Part shown: positions 8,777 to 17,415 of the stretch, one piece after another
How positions within the stretch are numbered: position 1 is the stretch's first letter
How the letters are laid out: each line of letters starts with the position of its first letter
Assembly (NCBI GenBank): GCA_022827185.1
Contig: JAJDTM010000046.1
Span: 68,644-132,643 of the forward strand
Reading direction: 5' to 3'
Source of the DNA: Candidatus Poribacteria bacterium
Lineage (GTDB): Bacteria; Poribacteria; WGA-4E; WGA-3G
Length of the DNA stretch: 64,000 bases
Notes under the pieces: generated by a model
Told to the model about the DNA's origin: nothing
Seen by the model: only the letters and a program-made list of their open reading frames with translations
Database searches by the model: none
Translations under genes and position numbers: made by a program

Positions 8777-9134
8777 AGTTTTCCTCCAGTTCTTGCGCCA
8801 TTTTGAGGCGTCTCTTGATAAGGTCCACCTCTTTCTTGGGAGTTTTAATTCCGCGCTTCGATTTTTTTTGAAAACAATGCAGCACGTAAACTCGCTCTCC
8901 GATTTTCACCGCATATACGGCGCGATAAGTATTGGTCCGATAATCCGATCGTATCTCGAAAACCCCTGAGCCAGCGCCTTTAAATGGTTTAGCTGCTGGA
9001 GACATGCTTCCGGCCTGGACAATAAATAAAGCGTCCCCAATGTCTTTTTGGACAGGCGGCGGAAATTCCTTTAGTCTTGCCTTGGAGTCTCCGATCCATA
9101 CGGCTTCTCTTAAGTTTATCCTCTTATGATCCAT
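8760..9134 (-). CDS. higB: HigB/RelE-superfamily (Gp49-like) type II toxin
   Basis: 124 aa. The segment VYVLHCFQKKSKRGIKTPKKEVDLIKRRLK is typical of the Gp49/HigB addiction-module killer family. Confidence 0.65.
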   Translation of the reverse strand: MDHKRINLREAVWIGDSKARLKEFPPPVQKDIGDALFIVQAGSMSPAAKPFKGAGSGVFEIRSDYRTNTYRAVYAVKIGERVYVLHCFQKKSKRGIKTPKKEVDLIKRRLKMAQELEENYEQED

Positions 9135-9220
9135 GATATATTATAACCAAATGGATATAATTTTTTCAAGGATAATGATCTCCATGAAGCCCAATGATTG
9201 TATATTTACGTATAGGCTTC

Positions 9221-9610
9221 TTAATATTCATCAAAATTGATAACTTTCCAGCGTCCATCAATTTCTTCGGTGTGGATTACGACTTTTCGGGTGTGGGTTG
9301 TTGTGCCACGGATTTCGATAGTAAGTTTGTAGTTAAAGAGTACGTGCGTTGCCTCTTCTTTACCGGTGAGCTCGTATTCAATCTTTGGCATTTCGTCAAA
9401 TTGTTGCCCTGGGACGCGGACTTCACTGACGCGTTCGATTTCGTCTTTGAGTTTTTCTGCGGCGAGACCGTGGCAGAGTTGTAGGGCTGCCGTTTGGTCT
9501 GCGCGCTGGTAATAGTTATAGATAAAGTCTTCACAAACTGCTTGCGGGGTATTCCTATTTGAACACGCGAGTATTAACAAAATAGACAGTAGGAGATATT
9601 GTGGTTTCAT
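9221..9610 (-). CDS. Small lipoprotein of unknown function
   Basis: A signal peptide with a lipobox (LILACS). I see no recognisable catalytic motif. Confidence 0.45.
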   Translation of the reverse strand: MKPQYLLLSILLILACSNRNTPQAVCEDFIYNYYQRADQTAALQLCHGLAAEKLKDEIERVSEVRVPGQQFDEMPKIEYELTGKEEATHVLFNYKLTIEIRGTTTHTRKVVIHTEEIDGRWKVINFDEY

Positions 9611-10926
9611 CTCTTTTTTCCGCGAACCATTGCAATGTTGAAGATGCGGCGCTCATGGCCGTGAGCGGGGCTGTTCACAACATCGCCTAATGCCCAGAGT
9701 GTTGAGGAGCTTCCGCCGTCGAAATTGATAGCGTGTTTGATACCGAGTTCACTGAAAAATTTCCCCATATCGTAGAGGGTCATCCCCATGCTATACCCGT
9801 GCTGCCTACCGTCGATAGCGATGAGGAAGAGTTTGTCGTCGTTGAATCCTAATGCGCTGCGGGGGTGGCGCGAGGCACCGTTGCTATGTGCGGATGCGCT
9901 GCGGCCTCGTGATTTTCCGAACCTAATTAATTCGTGTTCAATCTTCCCATTTCTGACGAGCCTTAGATTTCCGCCAATCCCTTGCTGAACGCGTTGCCAT
10001 TTTGTAGGTGTGAGCGCGATCTCCAAAGTGCCTTTTGTGGATGTTGCGATTTTCTTTGCCCAATTGCGTCCCCTGCGAGATTCTATTGCGATGACGACAC
10101 CGTCAGACGGGATAACGCTGTTGCCGCGCGGGTTGACCTCAGTAACAATAAATCGGCTTGTGTATTTTCCGGTGATTGGGAGTTTGAGTTTCTTAAGCGT
10201 GAATTCGTAGCATCGGCGCGTCAGCGTCCTGTGTCCGAAGCGTGGCGTGAAAAGTACGACGGGACACGACGAGCCACAGATTTGGTTGATGGCATCAATT
10301 GAGAGTGTATCGGTGTTTCTGTTGCCGATACGGAGTTCTCCATTAAGTTGTACTCTTTCCAAGAGAAACTCGCCTTCAGGGGTTACGCCGAAACTCGTCT
10401 CGCCCCATGGCGATGGCGGCGAATATCCCCATCTATCAAGTGCTATGGGGATGCTGACGAGTTCGCCGTTTTGAATGTGTAGATTAAAAGTCATACCGCC
10501 GCGTCCATAAGAGTCGCCTCGGATGCCGAAACTTCCGTTAACACCCGCGAGCGGTAATATCTTTTTTCTCTTGAGTCGTCGGGTAGCGTTTGTGACGGTT
10601 TCACGTCCTATGATCTGATTGTTGGCGAGTTCGACATCGAATTGGAGATTTTTCGCTGTGCGATCCATTTCTGCTATATAAACGGCAGCCCCGCCAGTCC
10701 ACCAGTAGCGGTGGAGTCGAAACCCTTCTGGCCAACGTTTGCGATTGATTTCGTCGCGCCGTATGACGGTGTCAGGGAGTTTCTCTCGTGATTTGCTGGT
10801 AGCGGCATTGCTGTAGGAGAATGGGTGTTCAACACCGCGGAGCGCGCTGATGACCAAAATAGATAGCAGAATAAGCACGCATACTATCGCTAAGCGTGTG
10901 AGGTAAGATCTGTTTTCTTGAACCAT
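9607..10926 (-). CDS. Phosphodiester glycosidase family protein (DUF2233/NAGPA-like), membrane-anchored
   Basis: An N-terminal TM helix. The C-terminal IAIDGRQHGYSMGMTLYDMGKFFSELGIKHAINFDGGSSSTL is characteristic of the phosphodiester glycosidase family. Confidence 0.6.
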   Translation of the reverse strand: MVQENRSYLTRLAIVCVLILLSILVISALRGVEHPFSYSNAATSKSREKLPDTVIRRDEINRKRWPEGFRLHRYWWTGGAAVYIAEMDRTAKNLQFDVELANNQIIGRETVTNATRRLKRKKILPLAGVNGSFGIRGDSYGRGGMTFNLHIQNGELVSIPIALDRWGYSPPSPWGETSFGVTPEGEFLLERVQLNGELRIGNRNTDTLSIDAINQICGSSCPVVLFTPRFGHRTLTRRCYEFTLKKLKLPITGKYTSRFIVTEVNPRGNSVIPSDGVVIAIESRRGRNWAKKIATSTKGTLEIALTPTKWQRVQQGIGGNLRLVRNGKIEHELIRFGKSRGRSASAHSNGASRHPRSALGFNDDKLFLIAIDGRQHGYSMGMTLYDMGKFFSELGIKHAINFDGGSSSTLWALGDVVNSPAHGHERRIFNIAMVRGKKR

Positions 10927-10934
10927 CTTTTAAA

Positions 10935-11130
10935 CTTTCCTTACGGTTCGGTGAAGTGGGTCTGTAATTTCGGAGTGCCTCTCCGTAGAGTCGCATGCGC
11001 CGTTGTTGCATGCTGCTTTTTCTGAATTGGAGCAAAAATCCATAACTTTCCTTACGGTTCGGTGAAGTGGGTCTGTAATTTCGGAGTGCCTCTGTTGCAT
11101 GCTGCTTTTTCTGAATTGGAGCAGAAACCC
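10935..11130. repeat. Tandem direct duplication (~111 bp + ~85 bp units) in the upstream region of the glycosidase gene
   Basis: Two copies of CTTTCCTTACGGTTCGGTGAAGTGGGTCTGTAATTTCGGAGTGCCTCT...GTTGCATGCTGCTTTTTCTGAATTGGAGCA(A/G)AAA. Copy 1 carries a 22-bp insertion (CCGTAGAGTCGCATGCGCCGTT). Confidence 0.75.
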
Positions 11131-11135
11131 AATAT

Positions 11136-12239
11136 TTAAAAACTTGCTTTTAAGCCGATGCCTGTGAGGATTGATACCACTTGGTCCCCTGATGTTATGA
11201 TGCCTGCTTGTAGAAACTTTTGATATGCTTTGACAACTACAGCTGAAGTCGGTTCGACATAGATGCCTTTGGCTGCGAGCGTTGCCAATCCTGTTTTAAT
11301 GTCTGTATCCTCAACAGTGGTAAATGCGCCGTTTGTGGCACTGATAGCCTCCAAAATCATCTGCCCTCGGATCGGGAGTTCGGCGGTAATTCCTTCGGCG
11401 AGTGTTTTATCGGTTTGCGGCATTCTTGAGACGGCTTCTGTTTTATTAACGTGGGCATTGTAAATCGGGCAACAGACATTGGGTTGAACGCCAAGAAGGC
11501 GCGGGACGTTTACGATGATCCCTTGTGCTTGTAATTCGCGGAAGCCGATAAAGAGGCCTAAATAGATACTTCCGAATCCGACGGGACAGATAACATGTGT
11601 GGGTGCGCGCCAACCGAGTTGTTCAACGATTTCATAGGCAAGCGTTTTTGTGCCTTCCAAGAAAAACGGGTGCCAATTGTGAGATGCATAACAGGTGGTC
11701 TCTGCTGCGAGTTTCACTGCCTCCGTTGTCGCCATTCGGTTTCCGGGTACCAATTTTAACTCGGCACCGTAAGCGGAAATTTGTTTTAGTTTGCCTTGTG
11801 AGGTAGACTCAGGGCAATAGATGGTACAATGGATGCCTGCTCTCGCACTATAAGCGGCTATTGCGGCGCCCGCATTGCCCGATGAATCTTCAACGATTTC
11901 CTCAACACCGAGTGCTTTGAGATGGGTGAGGAGAACGGACGCACCTCTATCCTTATAGGAGCCGGTTGGACAGAGGTAGTCCAATTTTAGAAAATGTTCC
12001 GGTGTATCAACATCAATCGGAACAAGCGGGGTCATGCCTTCACCGAGGGTAACAATATCTGTATCCGCGTCGATTGGCAGTGCCTCTCGATACCGCCATA
12101 ATGACATCGCTGCCGGAACTTGTGCGTTCGGCAAGATATGCGAATTCTTGATGAGATTCAGCGCGTTGCCGCAGTCGCACTTATAGCGTAACGGCGAGAT
12201 TTTATAGGTTTTGTTACATTTGTTACACAGATAATTCAT
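11136..12239 (-). CDS. thrC: Threonine synthase-like PLP-dependent enzyme (short ThrC/cysteate synthase type) with N-terminal zinc ribbon
   Basis: PLP-lysine motif GSYKDRG, glycine-rich SSGNAGAA, and an N-terminal CNKCNK...KCDCG. Confidence 0.55.
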   Translation of the reverse strand: MNYLCNKCNKTYKISPLRYKCDCGNALNLIKNSHILPNAQVPAAMSLWRYREALPIDADTDIVTLGEGMTPLVPIDVDTPEHFLKLDYLCPTGSYKDRGASVLLTHLKALGVEEIVEDSSGNAGAAIAAYSARAGIHCTIYCPESTSQGKLKQISAYGAELKLVPGNRMATTEAVKLAAETTCYASHNWHPFFLEGTKTLAYEIVEQLGWRAPTHVICPVGFGSIYLGLFIGFRELQAQGIIVNVPRLLGVQPNVCCPIYNAHVNKTEAVSRMPQTDKTLAEGITAELPIRGQMILEAISATNGAFTTVEDTDIKTGLATLAAKGIYVEPTSAVVVKAYQKFLQAGIITSGDQVVSILTGIGLKASF

Positions 12240-12244
12240 TATTG

Positions 12245-12272
12245 GTTGTCAGTCGTCAGTTTTCAGTTGTCA
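12245..12272 (-). promoter_or_regulatory. Tandem heptamer repeat GT(T/C)(G/T)TCA x4 in the thrC-like 5' leader
   Basis: GTTGTCA/GTCGTCA/GTTTTCA/GTTGTCA lies immediately upstream of the thrC-like start at 12239. It is the same repeat type as at 165-199. Confidence 0.4.
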
Positions 12273-12320
12273 GTTCGCTATTTGAGAGGATGATTGTTCG
12301 TAGTAAGAATGATATAAATG

Positions 12321-14123
12321 CTATTTCAAAATAAGCATCCGTCTTGTTTGTTGGAAAGATGGCGTTACCAATTGAAAGAAATAAACTCCACTTGCCACAG
12401 GTTCACCTAAGGTATTACGTCCGTCCCAATACGCCGCACGTTCGCGACTATTATAGAAACCTGCGGATTGGAAACCGAGTGAAAGGGTACGAATCAACTT
12501 ACCTGCTGTATCATAAATGGATATCGATACCAAACTATCTTTGGAAAGTTGGTACGGGATCCATGTTTCAGGGTTAAATGGGTTCGGATAGTTCTGAAGC
12601 AGACGGTTCCGTTTTGGGGTGCCGATGCTATTAAGCGTTACGTTCATAACAGCGTTTTCAAGATCAGCAGTGTTCACCGTGAAGTTGAATTTTTCTGAGA
12701 CAATATTTCCATTTGTATCGGTGACAATTAATTCCATCGTGTCCCCGATTGCTACGACGCTGCGGTAGTTGAGATTGGCGGTGGCAGCGGCGAAATAATT
12801 ATCGCGAACTTGAGAGGTCATGACGGTATTTGTCCGGAGGTTTCGGACTTGGACGCTGTAACCGTTAAAGTGCTGCAAACTTTCTAAGTGTCCGCTGACA
12901 ACGAATGCCCACATCTGGTTGGCGTTAGTGCCCGGTGCTGCAGCGACCTGTGTCTGATTCGTCCATCCTGTCCCGGTGAAGACGATGTCGCGTGCCGTTG
13001 GTAGATTGACGATGTACCCTTTTGCCCCTTCTATGGGAAATCCATCGTCAGGTGCGTTTGGTGTCCATGCCAAAAACTCCTGGTTTGCGGCATCAAGCGT
13101 AATGACGGTTGTCGCCCCCGTCTTGATTGCGAGCGAGCGTGCTGTCGTATGGACAGTCGGTTTCAACGGTACGGACAACATGTTCAAACCTGTAGAAAGG
13201 TGCATGAAGAAAATATTGCCGAAACCTTCTCCGTTAGGTCTACCGAGGAAACCGTGTCTCCGTCCATCTGGTAGGTCATAATAACCGATAATACTTCCAT
13301 CCTGATTAACATTTCGGACGACGGTACTCACACTGCCTGGGAGCCGCACTTCATAGAGGGTGCCATCTGGCAGGAGGATATAGGAGCGCAGAATATCATT
13401 TACAGCTTTGGCTCTGAAGCCGATCACACCGGCATCGGTGATAGTGTTCACAAATAGGAATTGAAGATTCGGCATCTCTGGAAGGTCAATAGTGGTGAAA
13501 CTGCCGTCGGGGTTCCGTATGAACCCATGGGGCATTCCATCAGCATCCACGTAGCTGCCGACGACAGCACCTGCAGCGTTGACAAAGTCCCCATAAGTAT
13601 TGATTGCGCCTGGGAATGTAATTGTCAGTTCCCCTGAGAAGGCGTGGGTGACTCCTGCTGCATCGACGATGTTCCCACTCAGTGCCCCTGTTTCATCGCT
13701 AATACCGTAGATGTGGGTTTCGGCTGCCCCAGGGAAATCATATTGCCGTAGTTCGCCATTTTCTAAGATGACACCATGATACAGACCGTTGCTATCCTTG
13801 TAGTGTCCAGCAGCGTTCCCGTTATTACCGAGCGCGTAGAAATAAGTGTTCTGTGAGCCGGGGAAGTCATACGCGCTGAAGACACCATCTATCAATGTGA
13901 AGCCGATGGTTTTCTCGCCATTGGGGCTCCGGGTGTTCCCCGCATAATCCCCGAAGTCGTTACTGGCAGCCACCTCCAGAAAATCGACACCGGGAACTTC
14001 GATAGTCTCAAAGGTGTAATCTGCAATTGGTGTTTCGGGACTAACTTGTGCAACGGCGTGCCCTGTGAAACAGATGGTTAGACCTATAGACAGAATAAGT
14101 GCGATTTTTATGTAATGATGCAT
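12321..14123 (-). CDS. Secreted repeat protein (YDFPG.../GHY repeats) with C-terminal Por_Secre_tail/FlgD-Ig-like sorting domain
   Basis: Signal peptide, then repeated ...YDFPGSQNTYFYALGNNG.AAGHY.DS.GL.HGV.LE.GELRQYDFPGA.. units. The C-terminus QNYPNPFNPETWIPYQL...IYD..GKL.RTL..G....G.Y.....AAYWDGRN..GE.VASGVYF.QL matches the TIGR04183-like consensus. Confidence 0.6.
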   Translation of the reverse strand: MHHYIKIALILSIGLTICFTGHAVAQVSPETPIADYTFETIEVPGVDFLEVAASNDFGDYAGNTRSPNGEKTIGFTLIDGVFSAYDFPGSQNTYFYALGNNGNAAGHYKDSNGLYHGVILENGELRQYDFPGAAETHIYGISDETGALSGNIVDAAGVTHAFSGELTITFPGAINTYGDFVNAAGAVVGSYVDADGMPHGFIRNPDGSFTTIDLPEMPNLQFLFVNTITDAGVIGFRAKAVNDILRSYILLPDGTLYEVRLPGSVSTVVRNVNQDGSIIGYYDLPDGRRHGFLGRPNGEGFGNIFFMHLSTGLNMLSVPLKPTVHTTARSLAIKTGATTVITLDAANQEFLAWTPNAPDDGFPIEGAKGYIVNLPTARDIVFTGTGWTNQTQVAAAPGTNANQMWAFVVSGHLESLQHFNGYSVQVRNLRTNTVMTSQVRDNYFAAATANLNYRSVVAIGDTMELIVTDTNGNIVSEKFNFTVNTADLENAVMNVTLNSIGTPKRNRLLQNYPNPFNPETWIPYQLSKDSLVSISIYDTAGKLIRTLSLGFQSAGFYNSRERAAYWDGRNTLGEPVASGVYFFQLVTPSFQQTRRMLILK

Positions 14124-14321
14124 AGCTATCCTTTTTTCATGTGTATTTGGAAATCGTGAGTCAACGGTTTTTGTTCAAATGAACTATCCAAACCGATACC
14201 AAGATGAATTCTCTATGGATATTATAGCACTTTTTTTTGATATTGACCATTTTTAATTTTTTGAGGACACGGACATTTATGGTAGATTTTAGAATTACTT
14301 GGACACTCTTAAGGCAAAATC

Positions 14322-14356
14322 AACCCCCTAAATCCCCCTTATCAGGGGGACTTTAA
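14322..14356. repeat. Family-A hairpin element (AACCCCCTAAATCCCCCTTATCAGGGGGACTTTAA)
   Basis: A perfect 6-bp stem CCCCCT/AGGGGG with a 4-nt loop. It is intergenic, between the two paralogous secreted-protein genes. Confidence 0.7.
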
Positions 14357-14434
14357 AAAGATAGGCTTAAAAAAGATGTCACAGTTATACCGATGGCATA
14401 ACTGTGACACTTGTAAGTTTTATACGGATTGACG

Positions 14435-17164
14435 CTATTTTACGATGACGAGTCGTCGTGTTTGCTGGAAGGTGGGTGTCGTCAATTGGTAAAAATAGGT
14501 ACCACTCGCAACGCGTTCACCGAGGGCATTGCGTCCATCCCAATAAGCGGCACGTTCGCGACTGTTATAGAAGCCTGCGGATTGGAAACCGAGCGAAAGT
14601 GTGCGAACCAACTTCCCAGTTGTATCGTAAATGGATACGGATACAGAACTGTCTTGTGCGAGTTGATAGGGAATCCATGTTTCAGGGTTAAACGGATTCG
14701 GGTAGTTCTGGAGCAACAGATTCTGATTCGGTTTACCGATCCCATCAAGCTTGACAGATAAAACGGCGTTTGCCAAGTGTTCAGGTGTCACTGTGAAACT
14801 AACGGTTTGTGATTCAACATTGCCATCGGGACCGATGACGCGTACTTCAACGACATCTCCGGCTTGGACGACGCTGCGTCGCGTCAAGTCGGCAGTTGCA
14901 GCGGCGAAGTAATCCCCTTGCACTGGTGCGGTTATGACGGTGTTTGTTCTCAGGTTGCGGACGCTGACCTGATAACCGTCTGATGTGGGTTTGCCTTCCA
15001 AGTGTCCACTGACCACGAACGCCCATGCTTCTTGGGTAACCCCCCTATCCCCCCTTATCAAGGGGGTAATAGCAGAAGGTGCTGCAGGTGTTTCATCGGC
15101 TGGATCTGTCCAAGGTGCGCCGATGAATGCGAAGTTGCGTGCTTCTGGGACATTGACGATATAGCCGTTGCCCCCTTCAATTGGAAAGCCGTCATCGGGT
15201 GCGCTGGGTGTCCATGCGACGAACTGCTGACTTGCCCTATCAAGTGTGATGACGGTTGTCGCGCCTGTCAAAGCAACAAGCGTCTTGGCAGTCATCGGTT
15301 TTGGTGGTGCCAAAGGCACAGCGAGCATGTTCAACCCTTTCGTGAGTGTAGCAGTGTAGAAGTTGCTAAAATGTGTGCTTTCTGCTTTGGTAGAGAGTTT
15401 TGCGATAAACCCGTGTCTGCGTCCATCGGGTGAGTCGTAGTGTCCGACGACAGAACCGTCCTGATTGATATTCCATCCCTCCGTGCCAACGCTGCCTGGA
15501 AAGTCCAACTCATGTAGCCCGTATAGGTATGAGCCGACATAAGAGCGCGGACGGTCCCCGGCTGCTTTGGCACGGGCAATCACAAACACCCCGCTACCTT
15601 CTGCATCGTTAATCCCGTGCAAAAAAAAGTATTCCAGATTGGACGGATCCAGATAGTCCAGAATGATAAACCTGCCACTCGGGGTACGCGCGAATGCATG
15701 ATATAGGCCGTCAGCATCTACGAAGCTGCCTATGATAGAGCCTGCTGCATTCACAAAATCAGCGTATGTTGCTGTTGCCTCGGGTGCCTCAATTATTTCG
15801 TCTCCTGAGAAGCCGCGGCGAACGCCAGAAGCGTCAATAAAATTCCCCGTCATAGCACCCGTCGCATCGCTAAAACCGTATATGAAGGTTTCGACGGCAC
15901 CCGGAAAATCGTATTGGCGCAACTCGCCATTTTCTAAGACGACACCGTGGAACAGCCCCTCGCTATCTTGATAGTGTCCGGCAGCTATTCCATTATTGCC
16001 AAGTGCATAGAAATAAGTGCCTTGTGATCCGGGGAAATCGTGGCGCGTAAAAACGCCATCAATGAGTGTAAATCCGACAATTTTTTCGCCATCAGCACTC
16101 CGCGTGTTTCCGGCGTAATCCTCGAAGTCGCTACTCGCTGCCAACTCTAAAAAGTCTACGCCCGGAACATCAATACTCTCATAAGTATAGTTGAATTCAG
16201 GGGGTGGGAGATAAGCGATATTTCTGAATTTTGTAGCGGTTTCCGCGGTGGGTTTTGCGATAAACCCGTGTCTACGTCCATCGGATAAGTCGTAGTACCC
16301 GACGGCAGAACCGTCCTGATTGATATTGTAGCCTTCTGTGCTAACGCTGCCTGGGAACTCCAATTCAGATAATCCGTGCTGGGATGTGCCGACATAGGAG
16401 CGCGGAATGTCACCTTTCGCTTTAGCGCGGGCGACGATAATCCTCGTATCAGTGATACCGTGCACAAAAAAGTATTCCAGCATTGATGAGTCCAGATATT
16501 CATGAAATACAAATGTGCCATTTGAGGTGCGCACATAAGAATAATATAGGCCGTCAGCGTCTATGTAGCTTCCTGTAACAGCACCACTTGCGTTCACAAA
16601 ATCAGCATAAGTTGCGGTTGCATCAGGTACTTCAATGATTATGTCCCCTGAGAATCCACGTCGAATGCCGGAGGCATCTATAAAATTACCTGTTAATACG
16701 CCTCTCGAATCACTGTACCCGTATATCTCTGTTTGAACGGCTCCTGGAAAATCGTATTGGCGCAACTCACCATCTTCTAAGATGACACCGTGGAACAGCC
16801 CCTCGCTATCTTCGTAGTGTCCCGCGGCTAATCCATTATTACCGAATGCATAGAAGTAAGTGTTCTGTGAACCGGGGAAGTCATAGGTTGTAAAAACGCC
16901 ATCAATGAGTGTAAATCCGACGATTTTTTCGCCATCAGCACTCCGCGTGTTTCCGGCGTAATCCTCAAAATCGCTACTCGCCGTCAACTCTAAAAAGTCC
17001 ACGCCCGGAACCTCGATACTCTCGTAAGTGTAGGTGAATTCAGCGGATGGGGGAGTTGGGGCATTATCGGTTTGTGCATCGGTGTTGCTTAGGAAAAAGG
17101 AATTGAGACATACAAACAACGTGAAGGTATAAAACAAAAAACTGGTTTTAATATGAGTGTGCAT
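14435..17164 (-). CDS. Secreted repeat protein, paralog of 12321..14123 with an internal ~285-aa tandem duplication and the same C-terminal sorting domain
   Basis: 909 aa with a signal peptide. Two ~855-bp near-identical modules lie at approximately 16190-17044 and 15335-16189. The C-terminal 300 aa are ~85% identical to the upstream paralog. It contains an in-frame family-A repeat insertion at 15038-15072. Confidence 0.6.
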   Translation of the reverse strand: MHTHIKTSFLFYTFTLFVCLNSFFLSNTDAQTDNAPTPPSAEFTYTYESIEVPGVDFLELTASSDFEDYAGNTRSADGEKIVGFTLIDGVFTTYDFPGSQNTYFYAFGNNGLAAGHYEDSEGLFHGVILEDGELRQYDFPGAVQTEIYGYSDSRGVLTGNFIDASGIRRGFSGDIIIEVPDATATYADFVNASGAVTGSYIDADGLYYSYVRTSNGTFVFHEYLDSSMLEYFFVHGITDTRIIVARAKAKGDIPRSYVGTSQHGLSELEFPGSVSTEGYNINQDGSAVGYYDLSDGRRHGFIAKPTAETATKFRNIAYLPPPEFNYTYESIDVPGVDFLELAASSDFEDYAGNTRSADGEKIVGFTLIDGVFTRHDFPGSQGTYFYALGNNGIAAGHYQDSEGLFHGVVLENGELRQYDFPGAVETFIYGFSDATGAMTGNFIDASGVRRGFSGDEIIEAPEATATYADFVNAAGSIIGSFVDADGLYHAFARTPSGRFIILDYLDPSNLEYFFLHGINDAEGSGVFVIARAKAAGDRPRSYVGSYLYGLHELDFPGSVGTEGWNINQDGSVVGHYDSPDGRRHGFIAKLSTKAESTHFSNFYTATLTKGLNMLAVPLAPPKPMTAKTLVALTGATTVITLDRASQQFVAWTPSAPDDGFPIEGGNGYIVNVPEARNFAFIGAPWTDPADETPAAPSAITPLIRGDRGVTQEAWAFVVSGHLEGKPTSDGYQVSVRNLRTNTVITAPVQGDYFAAATADLTRRSVVQAGDVVEVRVIGPDGNVESQTVSFTVTPEHLANAVLSVKLDGIGKPNQNLLLQNYPNPFNPETWIPYQLAQDSSVSVSIYDTTGKLVRTLSLGFQSAGFYNSRERAAYWDGRNALGERVASGTYFYQLTTPTFQQTRRLVIVK

Positions 17165-17183
17165 AACGAAACCTTTCTTAAAT

Positions 17184-17244
17184 GGGACTTACGCAGTCCC
17201 CGTGCAGTCGGGGTTTGAAACTCTTCGCGACGCATCGCGAGGCG
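17184..17244. repeat. Family-B element, partial/degenerate copy
   Basis: GGGACTTACGCAGTCCCCGTGCAGTCGGGGTTTGAAAC... retains the left terminus and the hairpin left arm. Confidence 0.4.
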
Positions 17245-17415
17245 ATTGACACATCTATTCAGTTAGAATGGGTCAAATCTTATTTTTATTTGAAAAAAAA
17301 TAAAAAGGCTTATATCTGACTATGAATTATAAGATACTTTCGGGGAAAAAGCAAATTATATCGCTTGAAAATACCTTTGGGCTAAGGGATTGGTTAGGAA
17401 ACGGCGGCGTGAAAG

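Noticed and set aside
15038-15072. Functional significance of the RGD tripeptide created by the in-frame repeat insertion
   Set aside because: RGD arises directly from the repeat consensus (AGGGGGGAT) and is most likely coincidental. I noted it only as a curiosity.
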